A stretch of DNA of 63,849 nucleotides, counting the filler, from Craspedostauros australis (taxonomy: Eukaryota): the NCBI GenBank assembly GCA_030167865.1. It is 8 parts of 8 records of this genome, joined end to end, with 100 filler letters (N's around TTAATTAATTAA, not from the genome) between each part and the next. Parts side by side here need not be neighbours in the genome. Positions count along the whole stretch, not along the records: positions 55,980 to 57,161 come from JALAGF010002547.1; positions 57,262 to 60,476 come from JALAGF010002548.1; positions 60,577 to 62,270 come from JALAGF010002550.1; positions 62,371 to 63,849 come from JALAGF010002558.1; 4 more parts are not named here. One strand, given 5' to 3'. The position numbers and the translations under genes are program-made. This document shows positions 55,980-63,849 of the stretch, one piece after another. How positions within the stretch are numbered: the first letter of the stretch is position 1; each line of letters begins with the position of its first letter. The notes under the pieces are model-generated. The model worked only from the letters and a program-made list of their open reading frames with translations, ran no database searches and was not told where the DNA came from.

Positions 55980-57161
55980 CGATGCTCCATAAGTGACACA
56001 CCCGAGCTCAGTTGCGGTTTCGTCTGCCTCTTGCACAGAGATGTGAGTGCGGATGGCGTTGTCCGTGAGTTTTTCGAAGACGTTGTGGTCGAACGCAACA
56101 CCAGCAGGGAAAATGAGAAGCCAGTAGGAGTACTTCCGATGCTCCGATCCTTCGATGCTTGCCATGGTGGATCCAAGCGCAATTCTTGCNNNNNNNNNNN
56201 NNNNNNNNNNNNNNNNNNNNNNNNNNNNNNNNNNNNNNNNNNNNNNNNNNNNNNNNNNNNNNNNNNNNNNNNNNNNNNNNNNNNNNNNNNNNNNNNNNNN
56301 NNNNNNNNNNNNNNNNNNNNNNNNNNNNNNNNNNNNNGAAGAAGGGACTCGGATGTGATACCCAGAGAAATTTCCGCTCTTCACACCCATGTCATTGACA
56401 AGATCAATGAGAAAACGCCCATTGCGCTCAGGGAAGTCGAGGTTAACGGGGATCTTGTATGGGTTCGCCTTGGTGCCATCGTCAGCATTGTTGAACAAAG
56501 AAGCAAGCATCGGGTCTTGCTCGATGTGCTTGTTCCGATGTCNATGCGGGGTCAAGACAGGTGACGCGAAGATTGGAACCGGCGAAGAGAACGCTGGAAC
56601 CGGGGAAGCGAAGGCTGCTTCAGCAACTTGGACACGCTGTGGTGTCTCTGATTGCTTGCTTTCGATGATCACCGTCTTGCACGGGGTAGAAAGAGAATTG
56701 GCATTCATCGTGGTGGCGTTGGATTGCTGTGCTTGCGCGGGGGTGGCGTCTTTGGCTGACAGAGCAGGTTTTGTGGATGCACGCACAGGCAAAGAAGTAG
56801 CTGATGAAGAAGCTGCAGACGACGAAGCAGTAGATGAGTGCAGCGAGATGGAGTCAAGTGCGTCGGTGAGGCTGTCAACAAGGTCACTGATGTCATCACA
56901 GCCGAAGTCATCGCTGCCATCATCCGCAAGCTCGGCGAGGGTCCCCCCACCTGGCTGGATGTGAGCCTTTTCCAAGAATGACATGTAGCTTGTGATGCTT
57001 CGTCTCTTCAATGTGGAGAACTGTCGGCTGCTTTGGACACGAAGTTGACTTCCTGGCAGACCAAACACTGGTGTGTTCTTGTCACAGACCTCTCTGGCAA
57101 ATCTGATTGCGTTCCTCCTTTTGCCTGTACGTTCGACAGCAAGTGCGATGCTCCGACTCAA
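55980..57161 (-). CDS. Hypothetical protein fragment, possibly a transposon accessory ORF
   Basis: Open frame across the whole contig, assuming the internal N gap 56190-56337 keeps the frame. Motifs VCDKNTPVFGLPGSQLR and DGTKANPYKIPVNLDFPERN. Confidence 0.55.
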
Positions 57162-57261
57162 NNNNNNNNNNNNNNNNNNNNNNNNNNNNNNNNNNNNNNN
57201 NNNNNTTAATTAATTAANNNNNNNNNNNNNNNNNNNNNNNNNNNNNNNNNNNNNNNNNNNN
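57162..57261. other. Artificial spacer
   Basis: N44-TTAATTAATTAA-N44. Confidence 0.98.
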
Positions 57262-58328
57262 TGCGGTCACAATCTGGTTCACAACAAGGAGTGTATCAGC
57301 AATACACCAACAACAAATAAGCAATAGAAGACTGTCATCTGTGTGCCTGCGAGTGCTTCATTTCGCGTCCTGAGCACGCAAGCAAGCCAGAATCATTCGA
57401 TACGACGGCTAGCACAGCCACCGCGCATCGAGGGGACCAAACCGGGATATGTATGAAACCGTTGAAACGGCGTTACACGACAGCCGCCACTACCAATCAT
57501 GGACGACACAGCAATGAGACAACAGCACTGACGCATACGACATCGATAAGACTCATAATCTGCATCCCTACTCTTTTTCACTCTAAATCGGTTTCACGTG
57601 TGTCGTAACTTGTGGAAACATGTGTGACGTTGTGAAGTTCTTTGTTTCTTCGCACTCAACCACTGCCACCATGCCATCATGCGAGCCAGTGGAGGGGTGA
57701 AGCAACCAACGTCGAGATGACAGCAAGCTGACTTGTGCGGGCAAATGTTGCCCGACATGCGATGCACAAGGTCCAAAGCAAGATACAAGTTGAAGCACTC
57801 TCCACAAACATGTGAGAGACTGCGATCAAAGCACGTCCATGAGTATTCGAGCGGAGGTAATGCGAAACCCTGCACATGAGAACGCGCCACGGCCGAGAGT
57901 TTCGAAAGTTGACAGTGTCATTGACATCACGAATGGGACGAGAGCATTCGATTCCAGACACACGAGGGCGGCGCAGAGAGGTCCCAATACCAACGTGCAG
58001 AACGAACTCGACAATCAGAACCCTCCACGACGCCGCCCAAGATTCCCTCCTGTCCGCCATTGTCTCTCAGCGATTTCCGGGGCGTTCTGATTTTGCACAC
58101 AACAACGCTTCTGTTGGCACCAACCACGGCACAAACACTCAACATCGCACATCACACCAAAGCCGACATCACCATCGCCACCACCATCCACGAACAAAAG
58201 GAAGAGTCGCCAAGTTGCCGCACGACACAATCCAACAAAGGTAGTCGTTGCATCTCACAACTTGCACACATACGAGGATACCATACGATTGTATCATACC
58301 GTTAGACCATCCAATCATTCCTGACACC

Positions 58329-59159
58329 ATGACGACGCCGTACGATGATGGAAAGGCATACACGCGGCCGTCGGCGCCCACGATTGAACCCGACATCGTC
58401 CTTGACGATCCAGAGGCCTTGCCTCCCGCAATGGCGCCCGTGAGCGCGCCTGCGGCTGCGCAGTCCCTGGCTCCCGCTGCAATGATGACGTACTCCGACG
58501 ATGACGGCGATGATGAACCGCCGTTGGCGTACGCAGCTGCGGTGGAGCCAGTCCGCACCTCTGTGGCAACGGGAAATGCTGCCACCATCCGCCCCCCAGC
58601 ATTGAATCCACGCCTTTCGGGAACAAACCAGGCAACCGCAGCGTCAATACCGACAAAGTACACCACCAATAGCCATGCACCATCGTCCACATCATCACCT
58701 CTCAAGACTTCGGTTCATCAACCGCACGACTATCACACGCAAGTGGAAGTTTTGCCGTGTGTGATGGTGGCCGCGCCGATGCTCGTGTCTCCTTCCGCAA
58801 TTTCAAAGCCCGAACCGGTTATCGTGCAGGCAACTCCCACAGTGGAAGTGGTCAAACCGACCATGATTGTCGCTGCACAAGATCCAGCAACGTCCAATCA
58901 AGCGCAAACGCCACCTTCCGGTGCAGCGCTTGCTTTGCCACCGGGCGGCAGATGGGTGGAAATCAAACATGTCGGCCCTGCCACATGGACGATCTGCACT
59001 GCGGTGAGCGTCTTCACCTGCATATTCATGTTACTTCCGTGCGGTGTCTGGGCATTCCTCTGTCCCTGTGACAGTCAGACGGCGTACCTCGCGAATGGCA
59101 CGCTGTATGATCGGCAAGGCAACGTGTTGGGAAACGCAGGTCGCTTTCGGCTCCGCTAG
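58329..59159 (+). CDS. Pro/Ala-rich protein with C-terminal Cys-rich membrane segment (loosely LITAF/CYSTM-like)
   Basis: PSAP motif and a disordered N-terminus, then HVGPATWTIC..FTCIFMLLPCGVWAFLCPCD..Y. Confidence 0.65.
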   Translation: MTTPYDDGKAYTRPSAPTIEPDIVLDDPEALPPAMAPVSAPAAAQSLAPAAMMTYSDDDGDDEPPLAYAAAVEPVRTSVATGNAATIRPPALNPRLSGTNQATAASIPTKYTTNSHAPSSTSSPLKTSVHQPHDYHTQVEVLPCVMVAAPMLVSPSAISKPEPVIVQATPTVEVVKPTMIVAAQDPATSNQAQTPPSGAALALPPGGRWVEIKHVGPATWTICTAVSVFTCIFMLLPCGVWAFLCPCDSQTAYLANGTLYDRQGNVLGNAGRFRLR

Positions 59160-59612
59160 GGAGCACTCCACAAGATGTTTTGTGTCTTTGTGAGTACAGC
59201 ATGGAAGTCCACCTGCGTACGAGTAGAAAATGAATTGAATTGTGTAATGCAACACCCATTACCATTGCAGTCGATGATAGTTTGCACAAATGGATGCAAA
59301 TACAGTATCAGATGAATGGATGATGTCAAGTTGCAGCCTGGCGCAGTTCATGGGCAGAGGACGCCGGCTATGGATTGTATAAATGCGATGTGTTAATTGA
59401 ATATGGTTATGTAGTGTCGAGAAAACGACGGTTTACCAAAGATACTCGTCCGATGATGGTAGCCAGTGGATGTTGGGAGTACAACAAGTATCGCGTCTTC
59501 GCGCATACTCGCAGCAAGCCCAATGTCCAACAGTGTCGTCTCATGTGCCCGCAGCAACATCGTGCGGGATGGAGTTGGATCTGTTCACAGCTTTGCTCTT
59601 GCCCAAGCGCGA

Positions 59613-60246
59613 TCAGCAGCCCTCTGGGATGCTGAGGAGCTCAGATGCAAAGTTGGTATTGTACTGGGATGTCTTGCCATCGATAGTCACGGTGAAACCA
59701 TCTCCCTCAATGCCGTCTCCCCAGCTGTCGAAGAGATCCAGGTAGGTGCACTGGTCACGTGGGACGCAAGCGGTGTACTCTGGATACACCGTGTTGGCAC
59801 GGATGAAGGCGGACTCGTTCCAGTACTCGGTGTCAGAATCTTGAGAGTCGTACATCCTGAAGGAGGTGTCTTCCGGAAAACCGTCAGTGCGGAGCTTCAG
59901 AGTGACAGGGATACACGAGCTTCCGCCGCCGCTGCCACCGCCACTTCCACCATCGCCGCCATCGCCACCACCGGTGCCGGCGTTAGATCCGCAGAATTGG
60001 ATATCGATGGCAGTTCCAAAGTTGGGCTCCGTCTCGGTCTTGATCAACTTGTCATCGGCCTTGACAGTGTACTGGCCACCGGTTTCACTCATGCCATCAC
60101 CCCATTCGTCGGTGATGCGAAGGTTGTAGCACTTGTCGTTGAGAAGGCATCGGTTGATGACTTGTGGGGAGTTGTTGGGGTAAGCACCAGCCGTGACTTC
60201 CTCAATGACACCGGCATCATTGGACAGCTGCCAGCCGGTCTCGTCT
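59613..60246 (-). CDS. Last exon of a probably secreted protein with two tandem TD.(F/Y)P.ET.W...D.WGDG modules
   Basis: DETGW...CYNLRITDEWGDGM, a Gly linker, then LRTDGFPEDTSF...DLFDSWGDGI. AG acceptor at 60248-60247; upstream exons not identified. Confidence 0.7.
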
Positions 60247-60476
60247 CTGTTATTTCGAGGTTGAATGGTTGGTTGGTTCAATGAATGGGGAAGAGCACAT
60301 GGTGTAATGGGAAGATGATGGAGTCAGTCGATGTGACAGCGACTCCAATACAATAGCCGCCAGTACAACTCTCTGTGCCAGCGAGATCGAGATCGAGATG
60401 GGCATCAACATCGAAGGGTGAAGCTGTTGCACATAGCAACATCAACCAAGGCTTGATGCGTGAAACAGCACCGACG

Positions 60477-60576
60477 NNNNNNNNNNNNNNNNNNNNNNNN
60501 NNNNNNNNNNNNNNNNNNNNTTAATTAATTAANNNNNNNNNNNNNNNNNNNNNNNNNNNNNNNNNNNNNNNNNNNN
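60477..60576. other. Artificial spacer
   Basis: N44-TTAATTAATTAA-N44. Confidence 0.98.
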
Positions 60577-60908
60577 TTTCTCAGAGAAGCGATCCCTTGT
60601 CCGTCGATGCGCGTCGACATGTCTGATACATATCGACAGTTTCGCCCATAGTCTTGGCTCGTGTGCGAATACATCCCTAGAGGTCGATCCATAGGTTCGC
60701 CCTCATTACAGCGGTGGTACATGGATAGGCTCCATGGTGGGACATGACTGATGTTGATGTCATTCATGNNNNNNNNNNNNNNNNNNNNNNNNNNNNNNNN
60801 NNNNNNNNNNNNNNNNNNNNAAGTTGACCTCGTCGAGTTGTGAAGATATTATTGGGAGGTGCGGCAATCATGGGTATCTTGGTAAAAGCGTACCCCCGAT
60901 TCCTGACA

Positions 60909-62270
60909 GACATACAGGGTCATGATGGTGATCATGCTGATCAAGAAGATGGACTGTGCACTCGTCGATGTCGTAACGGCATTCCTACACGGAGACCTCG
61001 ACGAGGAGATCTACATGAACTGTCCCGACGGGATGGATCATCAACCAGACGAAGCCCTGACCCTACATAAGCCAATCTACGGACTTGTTCAGAGCGCCAG
61101 GCAATGGTTCAAGATGTTTGTATCGACCCTCAAGAATATCAACTTCGAACAGAGCGCAACAGACCCGTGCCTGTTCTACAGGAAGACAAACAAAGGAAGC
61201 ATGATCGTGGCCATCTACGTGGACGATTGCTTCTGCTGCGGAGACTCCAAAGCACTGGAGACATTCCTGAAGGACATCCAAGACAGCAAGTTCAAGGTAA
61301 CAATCGAGCGCGGCCTCAGAGATTACCTCAGCTGTAACATCGAACTGAACCATGACAAGACTAGAGCAACATGGTGTCAACCACATCTCATCCGACATCT
61401 CATCGAAGAGTTCGGAACCAAGGTTGAAAAGATGCAGCGCTACGCAACCCCGGGTCAAATCATCGTACGACCATCCGAAGACAACGGACTACAGAAGGTC
61501 GGACCGGAAGAACATGCCGAATATCGCTGAGGCGTCGGTATGCTACTCTGCCTCATCAAGCACTCGCGACCAGATATCGCGAACCCTGTGAGGGAACTCT
61601 CCAAGGTATTGATTGGGCCCACCAAGGCCGCAATGAAGGAGATGTATCGGATCATCAAGTACGTGATCGATATGCAGCACCATGGATTGCAGATCCATCC
61701 AGTATGCCCAGACAATGACAGCTGGGACATGGAGCTCTTCTGTGACAGCGAATATACAGGGGACAAGAACACGAGAATCAGCGTAGGAGGGTTCATCCTA
61801 TACTTGTGCAAGGTACCAATCCTTTGGCGATCCAAGGCACAGAAGGCTGTGACACTCAGCTCATCCAAAGCAGAATACGTTGCGCTTTCCAAAGCAGCAA
61901 AAGAGATCTTCTTCGTCATGCAGCTACTCGAAAGTGTGGGTGTCCCAGTGAAGACACCGATCAAGGTCCGTGTGGACAACGTCAGAGCGATCTTCATCGC
62001 CAAGAACCCATCAACATCCCAACAATCGCGGCACATCGACGTGCGCCATCACTACATGAGGAACATGGTAATCAACAAGACCATCCCAATCATTTTTGTC
62101 AAATCCGAGCAGAACACAAGCGACGGATTCACCAAGAACATCAAGGCCGACTTACAACGAGAACATGAGAAGTTGTACCTTGATAAATCGAGAACATTCG
62201 AATGACCAAATGCACACAGGAAGGGTGTCAGGATGCGAATATGTGTATGTGCATCCTGACAACGGAGCAC
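60909..62270 (+). mobile_element. Degenerate Ty1/Copia retrotransposon fragment (RT, RNase H, PPT, start of 3' LTR)
   Basis: DVVTAFLHGDLDEEIYM, IYGLVQSARQW, YVDDC, SRPDIA, WRSKAQKAVTLSS and HIDVRHH. PPT AGGAAGGG followed by TGTCAGG at 62226. Confidence 0.92.
60910..62205 (+). pseudogene. pol: Copia pol RT/RH pseudogene
   Basis: In-frame TGA at 61528-61530 (YR*GVGML). RNase H consensus SSEAEY reads SSKAEY. Confidence 0.85.
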
Positions 62271-62370
62271 NNNNNNNNNNNNNNNNNNNNNNNNNNNNNN
62301 NNNNNNNNNNNNNNTTAATTAATTAANNNNNNNNNNNNNNNNNNNNNNNNNNNNNNNNNNNNNNNNNNNN
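62271..62370. other. Artificial spacer
   Basis: N44-TTAATTAATTAA-N44. Confidence 0.98.
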
Positions 62371-62371
62371 A

Positions 62372-62788
62372 TCGGGATTGCACGGCAAGGCGTTGTCATC
62401 ACACGACATGGACATCCTCCTGTGGCAAAAGCTTGCCGCCAACTGCGTCATCAACCCACTGACGGCCATCCTGCGGTGTCCCAACGGACAGCTCCTCATG
62501 GAACCGTCGTTTCCGGAGTACTTGGTGGGTGTCACGGAAGAAGTTGCGGCCGTCGCGAAAGCTTGCGGCGCGATCGACAACCGTCTGGAGGAGACGTCGT
62601 TGCTTCAGTTTGTGGGCGAAGTGATCCGTGATACCGCCAACAATCGGTCGTCCATGAATCAGGATGTCAGCAGCATGCGGGAAACTGAAATCGACCATCT
62701 CAACGGCTTCATCATGAGGAAGGGACGGCAACTTGGCATCGAGTGTCCTGTGAACGAAGAGCTGTGGAGTCGGATCAAGGACCTGTAA
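62372..62788 (+). CDS. panE: 2-dehydropantoate 2-reductase (PanE/ApbA) C-terminal domain; 5'-truncated
   Basis: LWQKLAANCVINPLTAI..NG.L and TANNRSSMNQD...RETEIDHLNGFI..G...GI.CPVN. Confidence 0.9.
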   Translation, partial: SGLHGKALSSHDMDILLWQKLAANCVINPLTAILRCPNGQLLMEPSFPEYLVGVTEEVAAVAKACGAIDNRLEETSLLQFVGEVIRDTANNRSSMNQDVSSMRETEIDHLNGFIMRKGRQLGIECPVNEELWSRIKDL

Positions 62789-63586
62789 TGGTAGAGTGCA
62801 GATATAGCACAATTGCCTCCAAACACGTATTGCATGTGCTCCACGTACTATGTATGTATGAATGTACATACAAGTATCACGCTATCATACGAGTGTTTGC
62901 CGGCGACGAGAACAGATACGTGATGTGTAGGTTCCACACTATACGGTGGGATGTTGGGTCGTCGACTGTTCCCTCTATCTCACGTCCTGTGAGTATCGGG
63001 AAGTGCTTGTTCTTTGATGTTTGTTGGGCTATTAGTCTGGTCTTGTTTACCATGCATGTGGCATGGTGGATCATGTCGAAGCTATCGTAGGTCTGGTTTC
63101 TTCATCCTCCAAATTCAGTTTGCGGACACACACACATGCACACACACTCTCTCGCTCTGGAGGGCAAGAGCATAGTGAAGTATAATGTGATCACTCGTCA
63201 TTCGACACCTTGCTAATATCATCCTCCATCAAGCAAGCAACTGGCACACAGTAGAGTTGCAAAAAGGAGAGCCACGATGAGAGCGGACCTGTCATCATGG
63301 TACAAGCTATAGAATGACCTGGCAGGTGCAATGCTCGAAAGTTCCGGCAAGCACCAAATGCGGCGCATGATCAGCATGTCACCCACCGATTTCCAATTCC
63401 AATTGCACACGAGCACGACCATGAAACATCAGCAATAGTTCCAGCAACGGCAGCAATCTCTTACCATGCTTGCTCTGTCGCCGACCAATCCTCCTTGATC
63501 TGGGATCAAGCCTCGTCACCACTCCATCTGCATGAAATGCGCGAAATTTCCACTCACCATATCATCTCGTCTCAGAGCATGCCACA

Positions 63587-63847
63587 TCATTTGGTGGAAG
63601 GTCTGCGATATGTCCGATTCGCGCCCCCCTTGTTACCACTGGCATGAAATGCACTGTTCGAGCCACGTTTGCCTCCCTTTCGAAATGTCAAGCTCACGGG
63701 TCTGCCGCGGTTGTATTTGGTGACTGGCGCACTGGTACGTACCTTTGTGTGTTGCTTGCCCGGAACTGATCGGATGTGCTTCATGGGGCATTCCATGTTC
63801 TGGCAATATCCGAGAGAAGCGAATGTTGGACAAACGGGCGCATCTTG
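63587..63847 (-). CDS. 3' part of a CCCH zinc-finger protein, truncated by the window end
   Basis: Frame from 63847 reads QDAPVCPTFASLGYCQNMECPMKH (C-x8-C-x4-C-x3-H). A possible intron donor AAG|GTACGT near 63742 makes the 3' end uncertain. Confidence 0.55.
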   Translation of the reverse strand, partial: QDAPVCPTFASLGYCQNMECPMKHIRSVPGKQHTKVRTSAPVTKYNRGRPVSLTFRKGGKRGSNSAFHASGNKGGANRTYRRPSTK

Positions 63848-63849
63848 GC

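Noticed and set aside
21528..62370. Seven regularly recurring TTAATTAATTAA palindromes that look like a repeat array or piggyBac TTAA sites
   Set aside because: Each is centred in exactly 44+44 Ns. This is an artificial six-frame-stop linker used to concatenate contigs, so no gene-cluster inference can cross it.
1..63849. tRNA, rRNA or snRNA genes; Fanzor/TnpB or other RNA-guided nucleases
   Set aside because: No cloverleaf, rRNA-like sequence or RuvC/zinc-finger TnpB motifs were seen by eye. tRNAscan-SE and Infernal would be needed to exclude small RNAs.

Overview
Eukaryotic nuclear DNA, most likely from a pennate diatom. The evidence is short GT-AG introns, polyQ/CAA tracts, CoDi-like Copia elements, a cyclase-PDE fusion and RXL/KxxK secreted proteins. 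The window is not contiguous. Seven identical 100-nt artificial spacers (N44-TTAATTAATTAA-N44) join eight unrelated contig pieces, so adjacency across a spacer means nothing. Piece 1 (1-21527) has a 3-exon Asp/Tyr/Arg-rich protein, a TPR-like protein, RPB9, NASP, a PPPDE peptidase, an eEF3-like ABC-F, a Na+/H+ exchanger and cyclin L. Piece 2 is a Copia pol with its 3' LTR. Piece 3 (25474-53394) has a cyclase-PDE C-terminus, a probable DNA-transposon relic, a secreted Cys-rich/PT-PS mucin-like protein with a KxxK cluster, PNO1, ATCase, a Yip1 protein, a C2-domain membrane protein, a sirtuin, a PBP-kinase-guanylyl cyclase receptor and a GT47 glycosyltransferase. The small pieces hold a large W-x-R tandem-repeat protein fragment, an unknown ORF, a Cys-rich membrane protein, an exon with DxWGDG modules, a CpG-decayed Copia RT/RH, a PanE C-terminus and a CCCH finger. 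No multi-gene novel system is demonstrable from the sequence alone. The best novelty candidates are the WxR repeat protein, the secreted KxxK/Cys-repeat protein, the HEAT-less eEF3, the split-kinase receptor cyclase and the nested LTR/hairpin structures. All family calls come from motif recognition by eye, not database searches.
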